Below are positions 16,584-24,582 of a DNA stretch of 32,000 nucleotides, piece after piece; positions within the stretch are counted from its first letter, which is position 1, and each line of letters begins with the position of its first letter. This stretch comes from Candidatus Omnitrophota bacterium (GTDB lineage: Bacteria; Omnitrophota; Gorgyraeia; Zapsychrales; JANLHA01). The stretch is from assembly GCA_963662715.1 (NCBI GenBank), contig OY759724.1, positions 2,010,001 to 2,042,000 of the forward strand, in the 5' to 3' direction. The notes below the pieces were generated by a model. It was not told the origin of the DNA, made no database searches, and saw only the letters and a list, made by a program, of their open reading frames with translations. The translations under genes and the position numbers were made by a program.

Positions 16584-18401
16584 ATGATGATTTTCAATGA
16601 AAAAATTTTCCGCCGCTGTCTTACGGTCCTTTTTCTTGTCCTCTGTCTTCAGGGGGGCTGGTTTCTCGCCAGAAAAGTCTATATTTCTGCAAAAATGTTC
16701 GCCGACGCCGGTTTGGATTATGACACATTACGCCGGCAATCAGAAGTTTCGCTGGCGGCTTTGCGGACCCGGGAGCTGTTGCCGCCTCGGGCCGATGTGT
16801 CGCTCCCCCCGAGTCAACGAACCCTTTCCAAGGTCCTGATTACTTATCTCCTTTTCCCGCATCGTATTGTAGAATCGAGTCATTATCTCCTGGACTGGAA
16901 CCAGCGGGTCACTGTTTATCCTCCCGGATGGGAGAGAATCCCTCTTACTTCGAATATTTTTTTATATGTGCATGGAAAAGAAGTTAAGCCCTTGTCGCCT
17001 TCTCCGTATCCTAAGTTGCCGCTCGCCGTTCTCCTGCCGGGCGTCGTTTGTTTTTTTGCGTATAATGTTCTGTTGGGCAGTTTTGTCCTGCAAGCCTTGC
17101 ATATCGCCCGCTGCCGGTATGATGATGCCTGGTATTACATGACGAGTTATTTGTTGGGATATGTCGTATCAACGACGATGATATGGCTGCTTCTTTTAGC
17201 CGGGATGAAGTTGACGGCCGGTTCGGTGCTTTTCTGCTGGGGGACGCTGTGTGTGCTTGCGGGATGGATCCCCTGTTGGCAGCGCACATCCCGGGAAAAA
17301 CAAATTTTACAGAGTCAGGATAATGTTGCAACGCAGGGCAAAATCTTGACTGCGGTTACGGGCTGGATATTGTTTTTGGTCCTGAGCGCTATATTTGTGG
17401 TAGCTGTTTCAAGCGGCGTTTCGGATTGGGACGGAATGTCACATTGGATCCTTAAATCCAAAGTATTTTATTATTATCAGGGGCTGAGATTCGATGCCAC
17501 CCACCTGAATTCTTATCCGCTTTTATGGCCGTTAAACATCGCCTGTCAGTTCGTTTTGATGGGCGGGATGTTCGATGAACTAGCGAAATGGACGGCGGGT
17601 TTTTTCTTCCTGGCCTTCGTTGTGCAGCTTGAAAAATCCCTGCAGTATCTCGGCCTGAAGACACATTGGCGCCGTTTGATTCTTGTTTTTTATGTGGTTT
17701 CCGCTTTTCACGACATTTTGAAACCCTGGTGGTATGTGCATTTTGTGTTCGCCAATGCCGAGAACATGTTTTTGGCTTTATGGGCGGCTGTTTTGACGCT
17801 CGTGATAAGATGGGTAAAAGACAAAAAACAAACAAATGCCTTGTGGCTGGCGCTTATTTTTATGGCCGGCTTAAACCTGACAAAAGTTGAAGGCATGGTC
17901 GCGACAGGAATCCTGGGCGTCGTCATGAGTGTCCTTTTCCGTCGGGAAATATTTTGTCGAAAGGGACGGTTGAGTTTATGGCTGTGTTTGGCTTTTCTGT
18001 CCCTGGCCGTTCCGGTAGGCTGGTGGCAATGGCTTAAATGGCAGGGATATTCCCCGAGTTTTTCCCATATGCAGGAAGGATTGTCCTTGGTCAAACTTTT
18101 TTTATTATTTAAGATCAATTTAAAGCATTCTTTTGTCAACAATATGCCTATCCTGACGCTCCTTCTGGGGATATATGTTCTTGTTTTCCGCCGGGCCAGC
18201 CGATGGAGCGAGTCTGATATCCTGTTGGGGCTCATATCTGCGGGGATGATTTTTTTCACCTGGGGGGCGCATATCGGATATTCTTCAGATGAGATGAAAG
18301 TTATTCCCCCGGAAGTTTTTATAAGACTTTTTCTTCACGCAACCCCGCCGCTGGTCCTTTTCTTTTCAAGCCGGCTGTCTTCCGCACATTTTAAGGATTG
18401 A
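16584..18401 (+). CDS. Large polytopic membrane protein of unknown function (possible GT-C-type glycosyltransferase)
   Basis: The protein is 605 aa with many hydrophobic helices and acidic or aromatic loop motifs (SDWDGMSHWILKSK). I recognise no family confidently. Confidence 0.4.
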   Translation: MMIFNEKIFRRCLTVLFLVLCLQGGWFLARKVYISAKMFADAGLDYDTLRRQSEVSLAALRTRELLPPRADVSLPPSQRTLSKVLITYLLFPHRIVESSHYLLDWNQRVTVYPPGWERIPLTSNIFLYVHGKEVKPLSPSPYPKLPLAVLLPGVVCFFAYNVLLGSFVLQALHIARCRYDDAWYYMTSYLLGYVVSTTMIWLLLLAGMKLTAGSVLFCWGTLCVLAGWIPCWQRTSREKQILQSQDNVATQGKILTAVTGWILFLVLSAIFVVAVSSGVSDWDGMSHWILKSKVFYYYQGLRFDATHLNSYPLLWPLNIACQFVLMGGMFDELAKWTAGFFFLAFVVQLEKSLQYLGLKTHWRRLILVFYVVSAFHDILKPWWYVHFVFANAENMFLALWAAVLTLVIRWVKDKKQTNALWLALIFMAGLNLTKVEGMVATGILGVVMSVLFRREIFCRKGRLSLWLCLAFLSLAVPVGWWQWLKWQGYSPSFSHMQEGLSLVKLFLLFKINLKHSFVNNMPILTLLLGIYVLVFRRASRWSESDILLGLISAGMIFFTWGAHIGYSSDEMKVIPPEVFIRLFLHATPPLVLFFSSRLSSAHFKD

Positions 18402-18436
18402 GAAAACAACTGCGGGTTCAGCGGAATACAGGGGCA

Positions 18437-18465
18437 TTGCGGTGAGGAATGTTTTTCTGTATAAT
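18437..18465 (+). promoter_or_regulatory. Candidate promoter TTGCGG-N17-TATAAT for the nuclease/helicase pair
   Basis: A perfect TATAAT lies at 18460-18465 with a TTG-containing -35 at 18437-18442, about 95 nt upstream of the ATG at 18562. Confidence 0.45.
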
Positions 18466-18561
18466 GTGCTCAATTATAGCGAGCCGTTATGTTAGGCGTA
18501 CGAGGTTTCCAAATAAAATTATAAGAAAATTCAATGTCATTCAAATTTAGGTGTTGTTCCT

Positions 18562-19851
18562 ATGAAATATTACGCAGACTTTCATATCCATTCTCATTTC
18601 TCCCGGGCAACAAGCAAAGAACTCAATCTTGAACATTTATTTGTTTGGGCCCAAATCAAAGGGATTCAGGTTGTCAGCACCGGGGATTTTGTGCATCCCG
18701 GATGGTTGAAGGAGCTGAGGGAAAAACTTGTTCCGGCGGAGGACGGTTTGTACCGGTTAAGGCCGGATTTAGCCAAGCCCATGCAATCCCGTGTCCCTCC
18801 GGCTTGCCAGGGGGAAGTCAGGTTTATTTTATCGGCGGAGATTTCCAATATCTATAAAAGAATGGACAAGGTCCGTAAAGTGCATAACGTGATCCTCGCC
18901 CCTAATTTATCTGTCGCTGAAGCTGTTCAGGGCCGGTTGGATGAGATAGGGAACATCCGTTCAGACGGCCGTCCTATCCTGGGGCTGGATTCCCGTAATC
19001 TGCTGGAAATTGTCCTGGAATCTGATCCTTTGAGCTTTCTTGTCCCGGCCCACATCTGGACGCCGTGGTTTTCAGCCCTGGGCTCCAAAGGCGGCTTTGA
19101 CCGCATCGAGGATTGTTTCGCCGATTTGACTCCGGAAATTTTTGCCGTGGAAACCGGCCTGTCTTCCGATCCTCCCATGAATTGGCGTTTGAGCCAATTG
19201 GACCCTTTTGTCATGGTTTCTTGTTCGGATGCTCATTCTCCGGCAAAACTGGGGCGCGAGTCGACCATCCTGGAAACGGATTTATCTTATCCGGCTATGT
19301 ATAAAGCTTTGAAAGACCGTTCCGATAAAGGGCTGATCGGAACAGTGGAATTTTACCCTGAAGAAGGGAAGTATCATTATGACGGGCACCGGCAATGTCG
19401 GCAGCGCCTTCATCCCAGGCAAACCATAGCGAATAAAGGCCTTTGTCCGGAATGCGGGAAACCGGTTACTGTCGGCGTTATGGCCCGCGTCGAGGAATTG
19501 GCCGATCACCCGGACGGCCGGAAATCTCCGAATGCCCGTGAATATTTCAGTTTGATCCCTTTGCCGGAAATCATCTCCGAGGCCCGGGGTGTCGGAGTCA
19601 ATTCCAAAGCTGTCCAGACTGTTTTTATGGAAATGCTTGCAAAACTCGGTAATGAAATGGCGATTTTACAACATATCCCTGTTGCGGAAATTCAGAAGGT
19701 CAGCGGCAGTGTCATTGCCGAGGGGATACGGAGAATGAGGGAAGGACAAGTTGAGATCGCTGCGGGCTATGACGGTGAGTATGGAAAAATTAAGCTGTTC
19801 TCGGAAGATGAACGGGACAGCATCGACAACCAGCTCACCTTATTTGGGTAA
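18562..19851 (+). CDS. Endonuclease Q-like PHP-domain nuclease (TIGR00375-type)
   Basis: The N-terminal PHP motif is YADFHIHSHFSRATSK. Also present are VPAHIWTPWFS, SCSDAHSP, and a zinc-finger-like HYDGHRQC...GLCPECGKPVTVGVMARVEEL. AGGTG lies upstream of the ATG. Confidence 0.7.
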   Translation: MKYYADFHIHSHFSRATSKELNLEHLFVWAQIKGIQVVSTGDFVHPGWLKELREKLVPAEDGLYRLRPDLAKPMQSRVPPACQGEVRFILSAEISNIYKRMDKVRKVHNVILAPNLSVAEAVQGRLDEIGNIRSDGRPILGLDSRNLLEIVLESDPLSFLVPAHIWTPWFSALGSKGGFDRIEDCFADLTPEIFAVETGLSSDPPMNWRLSQLDPFVMVSCSDAHSPAKLGRESTILETDLSYPAMYKALKDRSDKGLIGTVEFYPEEGKYHYDGHRQCRQRLHPRQTIANKGLCPECGKPVTVGVMARVEELADHPDGRKSPNAREYFSLIPLPEIISEARGVGVNSKAVQTVFMEMLAKLGNEMAILQHIPVAEIQKVSGSVIAEGIRRMREGQVEIAAGYDGEYGKIKLFSEDERDSIDNQLTLFG

Positions 19852-19858
19852 AACTTTG

Positions 19859-21409
19859 ATGGCGAATTTCCCCCAACCTGAAAATGTCAATGCGGCGCAA
19901 TGGCGGGCCGTCAGCGCGCCGGGAGGCCGGTTGCTTATTATCGCCGGTCCGGGAACAGGCAAAACGCACACATTAACCTACCGCATTTTCTGTCGTCTTA
20001 AGGATTTAGCTCTCCCGCAAAAATTCTGCGTTATCACCTTCACGAATAAAGCGGCCGGTGAAATAAAGGAGCGGGTTCGGTCCCTTTGCGGGGAGGAGAA
20101 AGCCGGGCGGCAGTTAACCGTGGGCACATTTCATTCTTTCTGCTGGCAGATATTAAATGAGCATGCTCAAGACGCCGGCTTGCCGGCCCAGCTGCAATGT
20201 GCGGCTCCCCCGGATATCGCTGAAATGGCCAAGGCCATTTGGCCGCAAACAACAGCGGCGCAGCGGAAAAATATTTTGGCGCTGGTTTCATCCTGGAAAT
20301 CCTGTTCTTACACGGCCCCGGTGCCCGATGAGGTTGTTGTGTACAACAGAGAGCTCAGGCAGCGGGGATTCCTGGATTTTGATGATTTGTTGTTGGAAAC
20401 GTTAATTCTTCTCAGAAAAAATCCCGTATTATTACGTGAAATTCAGAACGGTTATCCGGAAATTTTTGTCGATGAATATCAGGATATTAATCCTGTCCAG
20501 CATGACCTGTTGAAGCTGCTGGTGGGAAACAGCGGCGGGATCACCGCTATCGGGGACCCGAACCAGGCGATTTATGGTTTCCGCGGATCGGATACGCGTT
20601 TTTTTGAAAGTTTCTCCGGAGACTTCCCGGGCGCACAGGTTATGACCCTGCAGGAAAATTACCGCTCGGGAAAGAACATCCTGTCGGCCTCAAGTCAGGT
20701 GATTGAAAAGAATCCGGATTGCCAGGTCCCGGCCTTAACGGCGCAGATGTATGTTGACGGAAGACTCACGATTTATGAAGCGGCAACGGATAAGGCAGAG
20801 GCGGAATATGTTGTCCATAATATTGAAAAATTTGTGGGCGGGACAAGCATGTTTTCTCATGACTCCGGGAGGGTGGATAGTCATGCGGAAGGGGAGTGGA
20901 GTTTCGGAGACATTGCCGTTTTATGCCGGTTAAAAGCCCAGATGAGACTTCTTGTAAAGGCTTTTGAGCAGTTGGGCATTCCGTCTCATGTGTCAGGACA
21001 GGAGGTGTCCGAGGAAGCCGAAGGCCTAGATTTTATCTGCCCCTCGCGGTACGATGATATTACGCTGGACGTGGAAAAAGTGACTTTAATGACATTACAC
21101 GCTTCGAAAGGACTGGAGTTTCCTGTTGTTTTTATCGTGGGCTGCGAGGAATGTCTGCTGCCGCTGCATTGGGAAAAGATGGTGTCGGACCGGGAAGAAG
21201 AACGCCGGTTATTTTATGTCGGGATGACCCGGGCCAAGGAACGGTTGTTTCTTACACGGGCCAGAAAGCGCGTGCTGTTTGGGAAGACCTATCAGCCGCG
21301 GATATCGCCGTTCCTGACAGATATCGAAGACAGCCTGAAGGACTATGAGGAGGCTATTTTGAGAAGCAAAAAGCGAAAAAAAGAAGACGAGCAGATGAGT
21401 CTGTTTTAA
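19859..21409 (+). CDS. Compact UvrD/PcrA/Rep-family SF1 DNA helicase (516 aa)
   Basis: Motifs seen: Q-motif AAQWRAV, motif I AGPGTGKTH, motif II FVDEYQDINPVQ, motif III GDPNQAIYGFRGS, motif IV ENYRS, motif V TLHASKGLEFPVVF and motif VI YVGMTRAKERLFL. The tracked ORF starts at 19751 inside the upstream gene. ATG 19859, 7 nt after the upstream stop, is the credible start. Confidence 0.85.
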   Translation: MANFPQPENVNAAQWRAVSAPGGRLLIIAGPGTGKTHTLTYRIFCRLKDLALPQKFCVITFTNKAAGEIKERVRSLCGEEKAGRQLTVGTFHSFCWQILNEHAQDAGLPAQLQCAAPPDIAEMAKAIWPQTTAAQRKNILALVSSWKSCSYTAPVPDEVVVYNRELRQRGFLDFDDLLLETLILLRKNPVLLREIQNGYPEIFVDEYQDINPVQHDLLKLLVGNSGGITAIGDPNQAIYGFRGSDTRFFESFSGDFPGAQVMTLQENYRSGKNILSASSQVIEKNPDCQVPALTAQMYVDGRLTIYEAATDKAEAEYVVHNIEKFVGGTSMFSHDSGRVDSHAEGEWSFGDIAVLCRLKAQMRLLVKAFEQLGIPSHVSGQEVSEEAEGLDFICPSRYDDITLDVEKVTLMTLHASKGLEFPVVFIVGCEECLLPLHWEKMVSDREEERRLFYVGMTRAKERLFLTRARKRVLFGKTYQPRISPFLTDIEDSLKDYEEAILRSKKRKKEDEQMSLF

Positions 21410-21545
21410 ACGGGGACAGGCCGTCAAGCCGTTTAGAGGCTGTAGGGAGTGAACCTGTTTTTAAAATCTCTCAGCCAGCACGACGTAAAGCAACAGGCTG
21501 ATTTAAGATAAAAGAGTTGTTTTTTAACCTGGAAAAGAGAATCAT

Positions 21546-22526
21546 ATGTTCATGAACTTACGCAAGAATAAAGAAAATATTATTTATTTCATTGTCTCTC
21601 TTTTACTGCTTGAAACTGTGCGGGTCAAATATAATAAACTCGTCCAAAAAGAACAGTTTGAAAAGCAGGCCGGGGGAAGCGTTGTAAGAAGACAAAAAAT
21701 GCTTCTTATGAAAGCGTCCTTCCTCTATGCCATATTCCTTTTTTGGCTGATGTTTGATTATTTCACGACCCTCTCGGGTAAAATTAGCCTGGTCTACCCG
21801 CAGGCCCATTATTTGAAAACGAATATGGCCTTATTTTTAAATGGTATCCTATCCTACGGGCTCACGGCCTGGCTGATACGGTTTCTCTTGGAACTGTATA
21901 TCATGAAAATGAATGAAGCGTTCGGTTTCTGGAAAAAACTGGGGCGGTCGGCCATTGACGGAACAAAGGCGATTGTTCACGCTCCCTTTAAAGCCGGCGG
22001 AGTCGTTAAAGATAAACTGGTCGATGGTGTTAAATCGGGGTCAGAAAAAGTCAGGGATACCGCCTGCGTCAGCGTTTACGCCGCCGGACGGCTTCCGGAG
22101 AATATGAAAGAAGCTGCGCAGGACAGTGAAAACTGGAAGTACGATGAACTTATCGCCAAAATTTCCCAATTGGGGATTCCGGCTCTTGTTTTGATCATAG
22201 CCGTTGAGTTTACGGGACTGGTCGGCGCGGCTGCGATAGCCGAGGCCCTGGCTCTGCTGGGAGGCCCCTGGGGCATTGTCGGCGGGCTTGGCGTTTTGGG
22301 GATATTGGTCGTCATATCGAAGGGAATAGGGCGGTATGGATTTAAAGCCGTATTTGAAGGGGTTCTGAAAAACCTGTATAAAAAAGGTCATACGAAACAG
22401 GAAATTTTTCGGAAAGTCGAAGGATATAAAATGACCCGGAAGATGAAAGCTTCTTTGTTGAAGTATATTGAAGAATTAAGCGATAAACAAAACAGCGGGA
22501 TATCCAAAGACAATCCCGGTGTTTAA
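21546..22526 (+). CDS. Hypothetical membrane protein with a glycine-zipper hairpin
   Basis: TM segments occupy the N-terminal third and are followed by a charged soluble linker. Then comes LVLIIAVEFTGLVGAAAIAEALALLGGPWGIVGGLGVLGILVVISKG and a basic C-terminal helix. I recognise no family. The start is uncertain, with an internal Met at residue 52. Confidence 0.5.
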   Translation: MFMNLRKNKENIIYFIVSLLLLETVRVKYNKLVQKEQFEKQAGGSVVRRQKMLLMKASFLYAIFLFWLMFDYFTTLSGKISLVYPQAHYLKTNMALFLNGILSYGLTAWLIRFLLELYIMKMNEAFGFWKKLGRSAIDGTKAIVHAPFKAGGVVKDKLVDGVKSGSEKVRDTACVSVYAAGRLPENMKEAAQDSENWKYDELIAKISQLGIPALVLIIAVEFTGLVGAAAIAEALALLGGPWGIVGGLGVLGILVVISKGIGRYGFKAVFEGVLKNLYKKGHTKQEIFRKVEGYKMTRKMKASLLKYIEELSDKQNSGISKDNPGV

Positions 22527-23396
22527 TTAACGCAGGGCACTCAGAATCGTGTCGACCGGATGGAGTTTGTTCAGGGCATAAAAATGTAAGCCAGGAGCGC
22601 CGTGTTGCAAAAGCTCCTGGCATTGCCGGATGGCGAACTCGATGCCTTCTTTGAGACAGCGGTCAGGATCATCTTGAATCGGTTCGAAAATGTTCTGTAC
22701 TTCTTCCGGGATGGTTGTCCCGCATGTCCGGCAGAAACGGACAAGAGCATCGTAATTGGTGATAGGCAGAATGCCCGGTATGATACGGGCCTGCACGCCA
22801 ATCTGGCGTAATCTTTCGACGTAATGAAAATATTGCTGGTTGTCGAAAAATAATTGCGTGATGACAAAATCGGCCCCGTTATCGATTTTTATCTTGAGAT
22901 ATCGGGCATCCTGATCTTTATCCGGACAGAGCAGATGTCCTTCGGGAAATCCTGCCACCCCGACACCGAAATCGTCCCCGAAATATTCGCGAATAAACGC
23001 ACATAACTCACTTGAATATTTAAAATTGTTTTTTCCCGGCTGCCAATCCGGATTGTCTTTCGGGGGGTCGCCTCTTAAGGCTAGGACATTGCAGATACCC
23101 CGCTGCTTGATGTGTTCGAGGATATGTTTGATTTCCTCTTTTGTGTGGCAGACACAGGTCAGATGGGCAACACTCGGCAAAGCATAGGTGTCTTGGATAT
23201 GCTGGACAATGTCGAAAGTGCGTTCCCGGTTCCCGCCGCCGGCTCCATAAGTGCAGGAAATGAAGTCCGGCTGAAGATTTATGAGCTTTTCTATGGTTGC
23301 AAGAAGGTTTTGATACCCTTTTTCTGTTTTGGCAGGAAAAAGTTCGAAAGAAAACGTGCGCTCTTGCTCCGGGAATAGATCTGTTATCTTTTTCAT
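22527..23396 (-). CDS. metF: Methylenetetrahydrofolate reductase
   Basis: Motifs seen: FSFELFPAKTEKG, ISCTYGAGGG, AHLTCV, LALRGDPP and ADFVITQLFFD. Confidence 0.9.
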   Translation of the reverse strand: MKKITDLFPEQERTFSFELFPAKTEKGYQNLLATIEKLINLQPDFISCTYGAGGGNRERTFDIVQHIQDTYALPSVAHLTCVCHTKEEIKHILEHIKQRGICNVLALRGDPPKDNPDWQPGKNNFKYSSELCAFIREYFGDDFGVGVAGFPEGHLLCPDKDQDARYLKIKIDNGADFVITQLFFDNQQYFHYVERLRQIGVQARIIPGILPITNYDALVRFCRTCGTTIPEEVQNIFEPIQDDPDRCLKEGIEFAIRQCQELLQHGAPGLHFYALNKLHPVDTILSALR

Positions 23397-23429
23397 TTTG
23401 AATATAGGACGGTTCGTTAACTTTTGGAT

Positions 23430-23438
23430 ATTGTATCA
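23430..23438 (-). promoter_or_regulatory. Extended -10 promoter element TGaTACAAT for metF
   Basis: On the - strand this reads CGTGATACAATATCC. It lies about 34 nt upstream of the metF ATG, which leaves a short leader with no room for a riboswitch. Confidence 0.45.
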
Positions 23439-23645
23439 CGGGGCTTTATCTTGGGGTATCGGAATTTGAAAAAAATAAGCGACATAAACATTGCAAGGGC
23501 CGGGGTGAAATACCGGCAGAATCCTGTTGTAAAATGATAAAATGTGTTTTCAGCGGACCTGGATTTGTAATACAATGGATTCATTCCCAAGAGGCGGTGT
23601 GCTGTCGTGAAACCGGAAAAGACTGTTAAAACGAAAATGTAACAT

Positions 23646-24419
23646 ATGGGCCTTATTGATTATTTAAAGCTGCCGAATCCGGAGACATTTGATAACCTGG
23701 ATGATCCGAGAGCAACGCTTTGGCATCGTCAGGTTATTCTCGAAAAAGGGTTCTTAAAGAAAATCTACCGGGATTTTTATCAGCGTATTGCCCGCAGTCT
23801 GTCTGCGGGGCCTGACGGACCGGTGATTGAACTGGGCAGCGGCGGCGGTATTATTAAAGACGTTATGCCGCGGGTAACGACCTCGGATATCCTGTTTCTC
23901 CCTCATGTGGACTTATGTTTCCGGGCCGATCAAAGTCCTTTTAAAGACGAGTCTGTCAGCGCTTTTGTCATGCTCAATGTTTTTCATCATGTCAAAGATA
24001 CAAAGTCCTTTCTCGGGGAACTTGACCGGTGTTTAAAGCGGCACGGAAAAATTATTATGATTGAGCCGGCCAATTCCGTTTGGGGCCGCTGTATTTACCA
24101 GAATTTACATCACGAAGTCTTTGATCCTTCGGCTGAGTGGGGGGTGGAAGGCGACGGGGCCCTGTCCTGCGGGAACGGGGCTTTACCCTGGATTGTTTTT
24201 CAGCGGGATGCTGAGAAATTCCGTGATATGTTCCCGCGGCTCAAATTGAAAAGAATGTCTCCGTTCGCCCCTTTCCGGTATTTGCTGAGCGGAGGGGTGT
24301 CCTTCCGGCAATTGCTGCCCACAAGTTTTTACGGTCTGGTGAAGGCCGTCGAATGGCTGCTAAGGCCTTTTAACCGCTGGCTGAGCATGTTTTACTATAT
24401 TGAGATTGAAAAAGAATGA
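23646..24419 (+). CDS. Class I SAM-dependent methyltransferase
   Basis: Motif I is VIELGSGGG, followed by the post-I acidic residue and a motif II-like FVMLNVFHH. Confidence 0.75.
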   Translation: MGLIDYLKLPNPETFDNLDDPRATLWHRQVILEKGFLKKIYRDFYQRIARSLSAGPDGPVIELGSGGGIIKDVMPRVTTSDILFLPHVDLCFRADQSPFKDESVSAFVMLNVFHHVKDTKSFLGELDRCLKRHGKIIMIEPANSVWGRCIYQNLHHEVFDPSAEWGVEGDGALSCGNGALPWIVFQRDAEKFRDMFPRLKLKRMSPFAPFRYLLSGGVSFRQLLPTSFYGLVKAVEWLLRPFNRWLSMFYYIEIEKE

Positions 24420-24582
24420 TTCATGAGATTTTATTGCCCGAGGGATCCGGCCGCGGAGGTCTTTCCTCTGTGCGCCCAGCGGTTGTCTTGCTTGCGCGGG
24501 TGAGCCGCTGTCCTGTGGCTGGCGTAACTGTTAACAATACATTCGGGTTAACTGCGTTGTTCCGGAAACAGTGGGAGTTGAA

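Noticed and set aside
19751-19858. A 36-aa N-terminal extension of the helicase ORF that overlaps the EndoQ-like gene
   Set aside because: The extension overlaps the upstream CDS by about 100 nt in another frame and has no helicase-like sequence. ATG 19859 lies 7 nt after the upstream stop and precedes the Q-motif at the usual distance.
23534-23629. A 31-aa Cys-containing ORF (MIKCVFSGPGFVIQWIHSQEAVCCRETGKDC) in the metF/methyltransferase divergent region
   Set aside because: It has no Shine-Dalgarno sequence. It overlaps a promoter-like TTGTAATACAAT stretch for the downstream methyltransferase, and its cysteine spacing is not a recognisable motif.
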